The notes beneath the pieces are model-generated. The model saw only the letters and a program-made list of their open reading frames with translations. It made no database searches and was not told where the DNA came from. The position numbers were made by a program, and so were the translations under genes. From Eledone cirrhosa (taxonomy: Eukaryota): a stretch of 64,000 bases of DNA. Shown piece after piece: positions 1 through 15,500 of the stretch. Numbering within the stretch: the stretch's first letter is position 1; every line of letters begins with the position of its first letter. Location of the stretch: positions 208,878,001-208,942,000 of the forward strand of contig OZ024743.1 of assembly GCA_964016885.1 (NCBI GenBank), read 5' to 3'.

Positions 1-3000
1 TACCACAGTTTACCATCCTATAGCCAGATGAAAGCTCTTCACTCCATAAGATATACCACAGTTTCCAGTCCTATAGCCACAGATGAAAGCTCTTCACTCC
101 ATAAGATATACCACAGCTTACCATCCTATAGCCCCACATGAAAGCTCTTCACTCCATAAGATATACCACAGTTTACCATCCTATAGCCACAGATGAAAGC
201 TCTTCACTCCATAAGATATACCACAGTTTACCATCCTGTAGCCAGATGAAAGCTCTTCACTCCATAAGATATACCACAGTTTACCATCCTATAGCCACGC
301 ATGAAAGCTCTTCACTCCATAAGATATACCACAGTTTACCATCCTATAGCCACACATGAAATCTCTTCACTCCATAAGATATACCACAGTTTACCATCCT
401 ATAGCCACAGATGAAAGCTCTTCACTCCATAAGATATACCACAGTTTACGATCCTATAGCCACAGATAAAAGCTCTTCACTCCATAACATATACCACAGT
501 TTACCATCCTATAGCCACACATGAGAGCTCTTCACTCCATAAGATATACCACAGCTTACCATCCTATAGCCACACATGAAAGCTCTTCACTCCATAAGAT
601 ATACCACAGTTTACCATCCTATAGCCAGATGAAAGCTTTTCACTCCATAAGATATACCACAGTTTACCATCCTATAGCCACACATGAAAGATCTTCACTC
701 CATAAGATATACCACAGTTCACCATCCTATAGCCACACATGAAAGCTCTTCACTCCATAAGATATACCACAGTTTACCATCCTATAGCCACAGATGAAAG
801 CTCTTCACTCCATAAGATATACCTCAGTTTACCATCCTATAGTCACACATGAAAGCTCTTAACTCCATAAGATATACCACAGTTTACCATCCTATAGCCA
901 CATATGAAAGCTCTTCACTCCATAAGATATACCACAGTTTACCATCCTATGGCCACACATGAAAGCTCTTCACTCAATAAGATATACCACTGTTTACCAT
1001 ACTATAGCCACAAATGAAAGCTCTTCACTCCATAAGATATACCAAAGTTTACCGTCCTATAGCCAGATGAAAGTTCTTCACTCCATAAGATATACCACAG
1101 TTTACCATCCTATAGCCAGATGAAAGCTCTTCACTCCATAAGATATACCGCAGTTTACCATCTTATAGCCACACATGAAAGCTCTTCGCTCCATAAGATA
1201 TAACACAATTTACCATCCTATAGCCACAGATGAAAGTTCTTCACTCCATAACATATACCACAGTTTACCATCCTATAGCCACAGATGAAAGCTCTTCACT
1301 CCATAAGATATACCACAGTTTACCATCCTATAGCCACACATGAGAGCTCTTCACTCCATAAGATATACCACAGTTTACCATCCTTAGCCATACATGAAAG
1401 CTCTTCACTCCATAAGATATACCACAGTTTACCATCCTATAGCCACAGATGAAAGCTCTTCACTCCATAAGATATACCACAATTTACCATCCTATAGCCA
1501 CACATGAAAGCTCTTCACTCCATAAGATATACCACAGTTTACCATCCTATAGCCAGATGAAAGTTCTTCACTCCATAAGATATACCACAGTTTACCATCC
1601 TATAGCCACACATGAAAGCTCTTCACTCCATAAGATATACCACAGTTTACCATCCTATAGCCAGATGAAAGTTCTTCACTCCATAAGATATACCACAGTC
1701 TACCATCCTATAGCCAGATGAAAGCTCTTCACTCCATAAGATATACCACAGTTTACCATCCTATAGCCATGCATGAAAGCTCTTCACTCCATAAGATATA
1801 CCACAGTTTACCATCCTATAGTCACACAGGAAAGCTCTTCGCTCCATAAGATATAACACAGTTTACCATCCTATAGCCACAGATGAAAGTTCTTCACTCC
1901 ATAAGATATACCACAGTTTACCGTCCTATAGCCACAGATGAAAGCTCTTCACTCCATAAGATATACCACAGTTTACCATCCTATAGCCACACATGAAAGC
2001 TCTTCACTCCATAAAATATACCACAGTTTACCATCCTATAGCCACAGATGAAAGCTCTTCCCTCCATAAGATATACCACAGTTTACCATCCTATAGACAC
2101 ACATGAGAGCTCTTCACTCCATAACATATACCACAGTTTACCATCATATAGACACACACGAGAGCTCTTCACTCCATAAGATATACCACAGTTTACCATC
2201 CTATAGCCACACATGAGAGCTCTTCACTCCATAAGATATACCACAGTTTACCATCCTATAGCCACACATGAAAGCTCTTCACTCCATAAGATATACCACA
2301 GTTTCCAGTCCTATAGCCACAGATGAAAGCTCTTCACTCCATAAGATATACCACAGTTTACCATCCTGTAGCCAGATGAAAGCTCTTCACTCCATAAGAT
2401 ATACCACAGTTTACCATCCTATAGCCAAGCATGAAAGCTCTTCACTCCATAAGATATACCACAGTTTACCATCCTATAGCCACACATGAAATCTCTTCAC
2501 TCCATAAGATATACCACAGTTTACCATCCTATAGCCACAGATGAAAGCTCTTCACTCCATAAGATATACCACAGTTTACGATCCTATAGCCACAGATAAA
2601 AGCTCTTCACTCCATAACATATACCACAGTTTACCATCCTATAGCCACACATGAGAGCTCTTCACTCCATAAGATATACCACAGCTTACCATCCTATAGC
2701 CACACATGAAAGCTCTTCACTCCATAAGATATACCGCAGTTTACCATCCTATAGCCATACATGAAAGCTCTTCACTCCATAAGATATACCACAGTTTACC
2801 ATCCTATAGCCACAGATGAAAGCTCTTCACTCCATAAGATATACCACAGTTTACCATCCTATAGCCACACATGAAAGCTCTTCACTGCATAAGATATACC
2901 ACAGTTTACCATCCTATAGCCAGATGAAAGTTCTTCACTCCATAAGATATACCACAGTTTACCATCCTATAGCCACACATGAAAGCTCTTCACTCCATAA

Positions 3001-3559
3001 GATATACCACAGTTTACCATCCTATAGCCAGATGAAAGTTCTTCACTCCATAATATATACCACAGTCTACCATCCTATAGCCAGATGAAAGCTCTTCACT
3101 CCATAAGATATACCACAGATTACCATCCTATAGCCACGTATGAAAGCTCTTCACTCCATAAGATATACCACAGTTTACCATCCTATAGCCACACATGAAA
3201 GCTCTTCACTCCATAAGATATACACACAGTTTACCATCCTATAGCCACAGATGAAAGCTCTTCACTCCATAAGATATACCACAGTTTACCATCGTATAGA
3301 CACACATGAGAGCTCTTCACTCCATAACATATACCACAGTTTACCATCCTATAGACACACACGAGAGCTCTTCACTCCATAAGATATACCACAGTTTACC
3401 ATCCTATAGCCACACATGAGAGCTCTTCACTCCATAAGATATACCACAGTTTACCATCCTATAGCCACACATGAAAGCTCTTCACTCCATAAGATATACC
3501 ACAGTTTCCAGTCCTATAGCCACAGATGAAAGCTCTTCACTCCATAAAATATACCACAG

Positions 3560-6400
3560 TTTACCATCCTATAGCCACAGATGAAAGCTCTTCACTCCAT
3601 AAGATATACCACAGTTTACCATCCTATAGCCAGATGAAAGCTCTTCACTCCATAAGATATACCACAGTTTACCATCCTATAGCCACACATGAAAGCTCTT
3701 CACTCCATAAGATATACCACAGTTTACCATCCTATAGCCACACATGAAATCTCTTCACTCCATAAGATATACCACAGTTTACCATCCTATAGCCACAGAT
3801 GAAAGCACTTCACTCCATAAGTTATACCACTGTTTACGATCCTATAGCCACAGATAAAAGCTCTTCACTCCATAACATATACCACATTTTACCATCCTAT
3901 AGCCACACATGAGAGCTCTTCAGTCCATAAGATATACCACAGCTTACCATCCTATAGCCACACATGAAAGCTCTTCACTCCATAAGATATACCACAGTTT
4001 ACCATCCTATAGCCAGATGAAAGCTTTTCACTCCATAAGATATACCACATTTTACCATCCTATAGCCACACATGAAAGATCTTCACTCCATAAGATATAC
4101 CACAGTTCACCATCCTATAGCCACACATGAAATCTCTTCACTCCATAAGATATACCACAGTTTACCATCCTATAGCCACAGATGAAAGCTCTTCACTCCA
4201 TAAGATATACCTCAGTTTACCATCCTATAGTCACACATGAAAGCTCTTAACTCCATAAGATATACCACAGTTTACCATCCTATGGCCACAGATGAAAGCT
4301 CTTCACACCATAAGATATACCACAGTTTACCATCCTATAGCCACATATGAAAGCTCTTCACTCCATAAGATATACCACAGTTTACCATCCTATGGCCACA
4401 CATGAAAGCTCTTCACTCAATAAGATATACCATTGTTTACCATACTATAGCCACAAATGAAAGCTCTTCACTCCAGAAGATATACCAAAGTTTACCGTCC
4501 TATAGCCAGATGAAAGTTCTTCACTCCATAAGATATACCACAGTTTACCATCCTATAGCCAGATGAAAGCTCTTCACTCCATAAGATATACCACAGTTTA
4601 CCATCTTATAGCCACACATGAAAGCTCTTCGCTCCATAAGATATAACACAGTTTACCATCCTATAGCCACAGATGAAAGTTCTTCACTCCATAAGATATA
4701 CCACAGTTTACCGTCCTATAGCCACAGATGAAAGCTCTTCACTCCATAAGATATACCACAGTTTACCATCCTATAGCCACACATGAAAGCTCTTCACTCC
4801 ATAAGATATACCACAGTTTACCATCCTATAGCCACAGATGAAAGCTCTTCCCTCCATAAGATATACCACAGTTTACCATCCTATAGACACACATGAGAGC
4901 TCTTCACTCCATAACATATACCACAGTTTACCATCATATAGACACACACGAGAGCTCTTCACTCCATAAGATATACCACAGTTTACCATCCTATAGCCAC
5001 AGATGAAAGCTCTTCACTCCATAAGATATACCACAGTTTACCATCCTGTAGCCAGATGAAAGCTCTTCACTCCATAAGATATACCACAGTTTACCATCCT
5101 ATAGCCACGCATGAAAGCTCTTCACTCCATAAGATATACCACAGTTTACCATCCTATAGCCACACATGAAATCTCTTCACTCCATAAGATATACCACAGT
5201 TTACCATCCTATAGCCACAGATGAAAGCTCTTCACTCCATAAGATATACCACAGTTTACGATCCTATAGCCACAGATAAAAGCTCTTCACTCCATAACAT
5301 ATACCACATTTTACCATCCTATAGCCACACATGAGAGCTCTTCACTCCATAAGATATACCACAGCTTACCATCCTATAGCCACACATGAAAGCTCTTCAC
5401 TCCATAAGATATACCACAGTTTACCATCCTATAGCCAGATGAAAGCTTTTCACTCCATAAGATATACCACAGTTTACCATCCTATAGCCACACATGAAAG
5501 ATCTTCACTCCATAAGATATACCACAGTTCACCATCCTATAGCCACACATGAAATCTCTTCACTCCATAAGATATACCACAGTTTACCATCCTATAGCCA
5601 CAGATGAAAGCTCTTCACTCCATAAGATATACCTCAGTTTACCATCCTATAGTCACACATGAAAGCTCTTAACTCCATAAGATATACCACAGTTTACCAT
5701 CCTATGGCCACAGATGAAAGCTCTTCACACCATAAGATATACCACAGTTTACCATCCTATAGCCACATATGAAAGCTCTTCACTCCATAAGATATACCAC
5801 AGTTTACCATCATATGGCCACACATGAAAGCTCTTCACTCAATAAGATATACCATTGTTTACCATACTATAGCCACAAATGAAAGCTCTTCACTCCATAA
5901 GATATACCAAAGTTTACCGTCCTATAGCCAGATGAAAGTTCTTCACTCCATAAGATATACCACAGTTTACCATCCTATAGCCAGATGAAAGCTCTTCACT
6001 CCATAAGATATACCACAGTTTACCATCTTATAGCCACACATTAAAGCTCTTCGCTCCATAAGATATAACACAGTTTACCATCCTATAGCCACAGATGAAA
6101 GTTCTTCACTCCATAAGATATACCACAGTTTACCGTCCTATAGCCACAGATGAAAGCTCTTCACTCCATAAGATATACCACAGTTTACCATCCTATAGCC
6201 ACACATGAAAGCTCTTCACTCCATAAGATATACCACAGTTTACCATCCTATAGCCACAGATGAAAGCTCTTCCCTCCATAAGATATACCACAGTTTACCA
6301 TCCTATAGACACACATGAGAGCTCTTCACTCCATAACATATACCACAGTTTACCATCATATAGACACACACGAGAGCTCTTCACTCCATAAGATATACCA
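3560..6400. repeat. Higher-order tandem duplication, period 1422 bp (about 26 monomers), 2 copies
   Basis: Rare variants recur at +1422: accacatttt (about 3881/5303), cattgtttac (4431/5853) and gacacacacg (4941/6363). ORF starts 3909 and 5331 show the same offset. Confidence 0.85.
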
Positions 6401-6759
6401 CATTTTACCATCCTATAGCCACACATGAGAGCTCTTCACTCCATAAGATATACCACAGTTTACCATCCTATAGCCACACATGAAAGCTCTTCACTCCATA
6501 AGATATACCACAGTTTCCAGTCCTATAGCCACAGATGAAAGCTCTTCACTCCATAAGATATACCACAGCTTACCATCCTATAGCCACACATGAAAGCTCT
6601 TCACTCCATAAGATATACCACAGTTTATCATCCTATAGCCACAGATGAAAGCTCTTCACTCCATAAGATATACCACAGTTTACCATCCTGTAGCCAGATG
6701 AAAGCTCTTCACTCCATAAGATATACCACAGTTTACCATCCTATAGCCACGCATGAAAG

Positions 6760-9700
6760 CTCTTCACTCCATAAGATATACCACAGTTTACCATCCTATA
6801 GCCACACATGAAATCTCTTCACTCCATAAGATATACCACAGTTTACCATCCTATAGCCACAGATGAAAGCTCTTCACTCCATAAGATATACCACAGTTTA
6901 CGATCCTATAGCCACAGATAAAAGCTCTTCACTCCTTAACATATACCACAGTTTACCATCCTATAGCCACACATGAGAGCTCTTCACTCCATAAGATATA
7001 CCTCAGTTTACCATCCTATAGTCACACATGAAAGCTCTTAACTCCATAAGATATACCACAGTTTACCATCCTATGGCCACAGATGAAAGCTCTTCACACC
7101 ATAAGATATACCACAGTTTACCATCCTATAGCCACATATGAAAGCTCTTCACTCCATAAGATATACCACAGTTTACCATCCTATGGCCACACATGAAAGC
7201 TCTTCACTCAATAAGATATACCACTGTTTACCATACTATAGCCACAAATGAAAGCTCTTCACTCCATAAGATATACCAAAGTTTACCGTCCTATAGCCAG
7301 ATGAAAGTTCTTCACTCCATAAGATATACCACAGTTTACCATCCTATAGCCAGATGAAAGCTCTTCACTCCATAAGATATACCGCAGTTTACCATCTTAT
7401 AGCCACACATGAAAGCTCTTCGCTCCATAAGATATAACACAGTTTACCATCCTATAGCCACAGATGAAAGCTCTTCACTCCATAAGATATACCACAATTT
7501 ACCATCCTATAGCCACACATGAAAGCTCTTCACTCCATAAGATATACCACAGTTTACCATCCTATAGCCAGATGAAAGTTCTTCACTCCATAAGATATAC
7601 CACAGTTTACCATCCTATAGCCACACATGAAAGCTCTTCACTCCATAAGATATACCACAGTTTACCATCCTATAGCCAGATGAAAGTTCTTCACTCCATA
7701 AGATATACCACAGTCTACCATCCTATAGCCAGATGAAAGCTCTTCACTCCATAAGATATACCACAGTTTACCATCCTATAGCCACGCATGAAAGCTCTTC
7801 ACTCCATAAGATATACCACAGTTTACCATCCTATAGCCACACATGAAAGCTCTTCGCTCCATAAGATATAACACAGTTTACCATCCTATAGCCACAGATG
7901 AAAGTTCTTCACTCCATAAGATATACCACAGTTTACCGTCCTATAGCCACAGATGAAAGCTCTTCACTCCATAAGATATACCACAGTTTACCATCCTATA
8001 GCCACACATGAAAGCTCTTCACTCCATAAGATATACCACAGTTTACCATCCTATAGCCACAGATGAAAGCTCTTCCCTCCATAAGATATACCACAGTTTA
8101 CCATCCTATAGACACACATGAGAGCTCTTCACTCCATAACATATACCACAGTTTACCATCATATAGACACACACGAGAGCTCTTCACTCCATAAGATATA
8201 CCACAGTTTACCATCCTATAGCCACACATGAGAGCTCTTCACTCCATAAGATATACCACAGTTTACCATCCTATAGCCACACATGAAAGCTCTTCACTCC
8301 ATAAGATATACCACAGTTTCCAGTCCTATAGCCACAGATGAAAGCTCTTCACACCATAAGATATACCACAGTTTACCATCCTGTCGCCAGATGAAAGCTC
8401 TTCACTCCATAAGATATACCACAGTTTACCATCCTATAGCCAAGCATGAAAGCTCTTCACTCCATAAGATATACCACAGTTTACCATCCTATAGCCACAC
8501 ATGAAATCTCTTCACTCCATAAGATATACCACAGTTTACCATCCTATAGCCACAGATGAAAGCTCTTCACTCCATAAGATATACCACAGTTTACGATCCT
8601 ATAGCCACAGATAAAAGCTCTTCACTCCATAACATATACCACAGTTTACCATCCTATAGCCACACATGAGAGCTCTACACTCCATAAGATATACCACAGC
8701 TTACCATCCTATAGCCACACATGAAAGCTCTTCACTCCATAAGATATACCGCAGTTTACCATCCTATAACCATACATGAAAGCTCTTCACTCCATAAGAT
8801 ATACCACAGTTTACCATCCTATAGCCACAGATGAAAGCTCTTCACTCCATAAGATATACCACAGTTTACCATCCTATAGCCACACATGAAAGCTCTTCAC
8901 TGCATAAGATATACCACAGTATACCATCCTATAACCAGATGAAAGTTCTTCACTCCATAAGATATACCACAGTTTACCATCCTATAGCCACACATGAAAG
9001 CTCTTCACTCCATAAGATATACCACAGTTTACCATCCTATAGCCAGATGAAAGTTCTTCACTCCATAATATATACCACAGTCTACCATCCTATAGCCAGA
9101 TGAAAGCTCTTCACTCCATAAGATATACCACAGATTACCATCCTATAGCCACGTATGAAAGCTCTTCACTCCATAAGATATACCACAGTTTACCATCCTA
9201 TAGCCACATATGAAAGCTCTTCACTCCATAAGATATACACACAGTTTACCATCCTATAGCCACAGATGAAAGCTCTTCACTCCATAAGATATACCACAGT
9301 TTACCATCCTATAGACACACATGAGAGCTCTTCACTCCATAACATATACCACAGTTTACCATCCTATAGACACACACGAGAGCTCTTCACTCCATAAGAT
9401 ATACCACAGTTTACCATCCTATAGCCACACATGAGAGCTCTTCACTCCATAAGATATACCACAGTTTACCATCCTATAGCCACACATGAAAGCTCTTCAC
9501 TCCATAAGATATACCACAGTTTCCAGTCCTATAGCCACAGATGAAAGCTCTTCACTCCATAAAATATACCACAGTTTACCATCCTATAGCCACACATGAA
9601 AGCTCTTCACTCCATAAGATATACCACAGTTTACCATCCTATAGCCACAGATGAAAGCTCTTCACTCCATAAGATATACCACAGTTTACCATCCTATAGC

Positions 9701-12595
9701 CACATATGAAATCTCTTCACTCCATAAGATATACCACAGTTTACCATCCTATAGCCACAGATGAAAGCTCTTCACTCCATAAGATATACCACAGTTTACG
9801 ATCCTATAGCCACAGATAAAAGCTCTTCACTCCTTAACATATACCACAGTTTACCATCCTATAGCCACACATGAGAGCTCTTCACTCCATAAGATATACC
9901 TCAGTTTACCATCCTATAGTCACACATGAAAGCTCTTAACTCCATAAGATATACCACAGTTTACCATCCTATGGCCACAGATGAAAGCTCTTCACACCAT
10001 AAGATATACCACAGTTTACCATTCTATAGCCACATATGAAAGCTCTTCACTCCATAAGATATACCACAGTTTACCATCCTATGGCCACACATGAAAGCTC
10101 TTCACTCAATAAGATATACCACTGTTTACCAAACTATAGCCACAAATGAAAGCTCTTCACTCCATAAGATATACCAAAGTTTACCGTCCTATAGCCAGAT
10201 GAAAGTTCTTCACTCCATAAGATATACCACAGTTTACCATCCTATAGCCAGATGAAAGCTCTTCACTCCATAAGATATACCGCAGTTTACCATCTTATAG
10301 CCACACATGAAAGCTCTTCGCTCCATAAGATATAACACAGTTTACCATCCTATAGCCACAGATGAAAGCTCTTCACTCCATAAGATATACCACAATTTAC
10401 CATCCTATAGCCACACATGAAAGCTCTTCACTCCATAAGATATACCACAGTTTACCATCCTATTACCAGATGAAAGTTCTTCACTCCATAAGATATACCA
10501 CAGTTTACCATCCTATAGCCACACATGAAAGCTCTTCACTCCATAAGATATACCACAGTTTACCATCCTATAGCCAGATGAAAGTTCTTCACTCCATAAG
10601 ATATACCACAGTCTACCATCCTATAGCCAGATGAAAGCTCTTCACTCCATAAGATATACCACAGTTTACCATCCTATAGCCACGCATGAAAGCTCTTCAC
10701 TCCATAAGATATACCACAGTTTACCATCCTATAGCCACACATGAAAGCTCTTCGCTCCATAAGATATAACACAGTTTACCATCCTATAGCCACAGATGAA
10801 AGTTCTTCACTCCATAAGATATACCACAGTTTACCGTCCTATAGCCACAGATGAAAGCTCTTCACTCCATAAGATATACCACAGTTTACCATCCTATAGC
10901 CACACGTGAAAGCTCTTCACTCCATAAGATATACCACAGTTTACCATCCTATAGCCACAGATGAAAGCTCTTCCCTCCATAAGATATACCACAGTTTACC
11001 ATCCTATAGACACACATGAGAGCTCTTCACTCCATAACATATACCACAGTTTACCATCATATAGACACACACGAGAGCTCTTCACTCCATAAGATATACC
11101 ACAGTTTACCATCCTATAGCCACACATGAGAGCTCTTCACTCCATAAGATATACCACAGTTTACCATCCTATAGCCACACATGAAAGCTCTTCACTCCAT
11201 AAGATATACCACAGTTTCCAGTCCTATAGCCACAGATGAAAGCTCTTCACACCATAAGATATACCACAGTTTACCATCCTGTCGCCAGATGAAAGCTCTT
11301 CACTCCATAAGATATACCACAGTTTACCATCCTATAGCCAAGCATGAAAGCTCTTCACTCCATAAGATATACCACAGTTTACCATCCTATAGCCACACAT
11401 GAAATCTCTTCACTCCATAAGATATACCACAGTTTACCATCCTATAGCCACAGATGAAAGCTCTTCACTCCATAAGATATACCACAGTTTACGATCCTAT
11501 AGCCACAGATAAAAGCTCTTCACTCCATAACATATACCACAGTTTACCATCCTATAGCCACACATGAGAGCTCTACACTCCATAAGATATACCACAGCTT
11601 ACCATCCTATAGCCACACATGAAAGCTCTTCACTCCATAAGATATACCGCAGTTTACCATCCTATAACCATACATGAAAGCTCTTCACTCCATAAGATAT
11701 ACCACAGTTTACCATCCTATAGCCACAGATGAAAGCTCTTCACTCCATAAGATATACCACAGTTTACCATCCTATAGCCACACATGAAAGCTCTTCACTG
11801 CATAAGATATACCACAGTATACCATCCTATAGCCAGATGAAAGTTCTTCACTCCATAAGATATACCACAGTTTACCATCCTATAGCCACACATGAAAGCT
11901 CTTCACTCCATAAGATATACCACAGTTTACCATCCTATAGCCAGATGAAAGTTCTTCACTCCATAATATATACCACAGTCTACCATCCTATAGCCAGATG
12001 AAAGCTCTTCACTCCATAAGATATACCACAGATTACCATCCTATAGCCACGTATGAAAGCTCTTCACTCCATAAGATATACCACAGTTTACCATCCTATA
12101 GCCACACATGAAAGCTCTTCACTCCATAAGATATACACACAGTTTACCATCCTATAGCCACAGATGAAAGCTCTTCACTCCATAAGATATACCACAGTTT
12201 ACCATCCTATAGACACACATGAGAGCTCTTCACTCCATAACATATACCACAGTTTACCATCCTATAGACACACACGAGAGCTCTTCACTCCATAAGATAT
12301 ACCACAGTTTACCATCCTATAGCCACACATGAGAGCTCTTCACTCCATAAGATATACCACAGTTTACCATCCTATAGCCACACATGAAAGCTCTTCACTC
12401 CATAAGATATACCACAGTTTCCAGTCCTATAGCCACAGATGAAAGCTCTTCACTCCATAAAATATACCACAGTTTACCATCCTATAGCCACACATGAAAG
12501 CTCTTCACTCCATAAGATATACCACAGTTTACCATCCTATAGCCACAGATGAAAGCTCTTCACTCCATAAGATATACCACAGTTTACCATCCTAT
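6760..12595. repeat. Higher-order tandem duplication, period 2898 bp (about 53 monomers), 2 copies
   Basis: actccttaac (6931/9829), ctgtcgccag (about 8381/11279) and cagtatacc (about 8917/11815) recur at +2898. ORF pairs 7464/10362, 8283/11181 and 8831/11729 all differ by 2898. Confidence 0.92.
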
Positions 12596-15500
12596 AGCCA
12601 GATGAAAGCTCTTCACTCCATAAGATATACCACAGTTTACCATCCTATAGCCACACATGAAAGCTCTTCACTCCATAAGATATACCACAGTTTACCATCC
12701 TATAGCCACACATGAAATCTCTTCACTCCATAAGATATACCACAGTTTACCATCCTATAGCTACAGATGAAAGCACTTCACTCCATAAGATATACCACAG
12801 TTTACGATCCTATAGCCACAGATAAAAGCTCTTCACTCCATAACATATACCACATTTTACCATCCTATAGCCACACATGAGAGCTCTTCACTCCATAAGA
12901 TATACCACAGCTTACCATCCTATAGCCACACATGAAAGCTCTTCACTCCATAAGATATACCACAGTTTACCATCCTATAGCCACACATGAAAGATCTTCA
13001 CTCCATAAGATATACCACAGTTCACCATCCTATAGCCACACATGAAATCTCTTTACTCAATAAGATATACCACAGTTTACCATCCTATAGCCACAGATGA
13101 AAGCTCTTCACTCCATAAGATATACCTCAGTTTACCATCCTATAGTCACACATGAAAGCTCTTAACTCCATGAGATAAACCACAGTTTACCATCCTATGG
13201 CCACAGATGAAAGCTCTTCACACCATAAGATATACCACAGTTTACCATCCTATAGCCACATATGAAAGCTCTTCACTCCATAAGATATACCACAGTTTAC
13301 CATCCTATGGCCACACATGAAAGCTCTTCACTCAATAAGATATACCACTGTTTACCATACTATAGCCACAAATGAAAGCTCTTCACTCCATAAGATATAC
13401 CAAAGTTTACCGTCCTATAGCAAGATGAAAGTTCTTCACTCCATAAGATATACCACAGTTTACCATCCTATAGCCAGATGAAAGCTCTTCACTCCATAAG
13501 ATATACCACACTTTACCATCTTATAGCCACACATGAAAGCTCTTCGCTCCATAAGATATAACACAGTTTACCATCCTATAGCCACAGATGAAAGTTCTTC
13601 ACTCCATAAGATATACCACAGTTTACCGTCCTATAGCCACAGATGAAAGCTCTTCACTCCATAAGATATACCACAGTTTACCATCCTATAGCCACACATG
13701 AAAGCTCTTCACTCCATAAGATATACCACAGTTTACCATCCTATAGCCACAGATGAAAGCTCTTCCCTCCATAAGATATACCACAGTTTACCATCCTAAA
13801 GACACACATGAGAGCTCTTCACTCCATAACATATACCACAGTTTACCATCATATAGACACACACGAGAGCTCTTCACTCCATAATATATACCACAGTTTA
13901 CCATCCTATAGCCACACATGAGAGCTCTTCACTCCATAAGATATACCACAGTTTACCATCCTATAGCCACAGATGAAAGCTCTTCACTCCATAAGATATA
14001 CCACAGTTTACCATCCTATAGCCAGATGAAAGTTCTTCACTCCATAAGATATACCACAGTCTACCATCCTATAGCCAGATGAAAGCTCTTCACTCCATAA
14101 GATATACCACAGTTCACCATCCTATAGCCACGCATGAAGGCTCTTCACTCCATAAGATATACCACAGTTTACCATCCTATAGCCACACATGAAAGCTCTT
14201 CACTCCATAAGATATACCACAGTTTACCATCCTATAGCCACAGATGAAAGCTATTCCCTCCATAAGATATACCACAGTTTACCATCCTATAGACACACAT
14301 GAGAGCTCTTCACTCCATAACATATACCACAGTTTACCATCATATAGACACACACGAGAGCTCTTCACTCCATAAGATATACCACAGTTTACCATCCTAT
14401 AGCCACACATGAAAGCTCTTCACTCCATAAGATATACCACAGTTTACCATCCTATAGCCACACATGAAATCTCTTCACTCCATAAGATATACCACAGTTT
14501 ACCATCCTATAGCCACAGATGAAAGCACTTCACTCCATAAGATATAGCACAGTTTACCATCCTATAGCCACAGATGAAAGCTCTTCACTCCATAAGATAT
14601 ACCACAGTTTACCATCCTATAGCCAGATGAAAGCTCTTCACTCCATAAGATATACCACAGTTTACCATCCTATAGCCACGCATGAAAGCTCTTCACTCCA
14701 TAAGATATACCACAGTTTACCATCCTATAGCCACACATGAAATCTCTTCACTCCATAAGATATACCACAGTTTACCATCCTATAGCCACAGATGAAAGCT
14801 CTTCACTCCATAAGATATACCACAGTTTACGATCCTATAGCCACAGATAAAAGCTCTTCACTCCATAACATATACCACAGTTTACCATCCTATAGCCACA
14901 CATGAGAGCTCTTCACTCCATAAGATATACCACAGCTTACCATCCTATAGCCACACATGAAAGCTCTTCACTCCATAAGATATACCACAGTTTACCATCC
15001 TATAGCCCGATGAAAGCTTTTCACTCCATATGATATACCACAGTTTACAATCCTATAGCCACACATTAAAGATCTTCACTCCATAAGATATACCACAGTT
15101 CACCATCCTATAGCCACACATGAAAGCTCTTCACTCCATAAGATATACCACAGTTTACCATCCTATAGCCACAGATGAAAGCTCTTCACTCCATCAGATA
15201 TACCTCAGTTTACCATCCTATAGTCACACATGAAAGCTCTACACTCCATAAGATATACCACAGTTTACCATCCTATAGCCACACATGAAAGCTCTTCACT
15301 CCATAAGATATACCACAGTTTACCATCCTAGAGCCACAGATGAAAGCTCTTCACTCCATAAGATATACCACAGTTTACCATCCTATGGCTAGAGATGAAA
15401 GCTCTTCACTCTATAGGATATACCACAGTTTACCATCCTATAGCGACACATGAAAGCTCTTCACTTCATAAGTTATACCACAGTTTAACATCCTTTCGCC

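Noticed and set aside
82-97. Imperfect palindrome TGAAAGCTCTTCA as a hairpin, terminator or operator
   Set aside because: It is short and imperfect, and it is repeatedly disrupted by variants (gagagc, aaatct, aagttc, aagatc) without compensatory changes.
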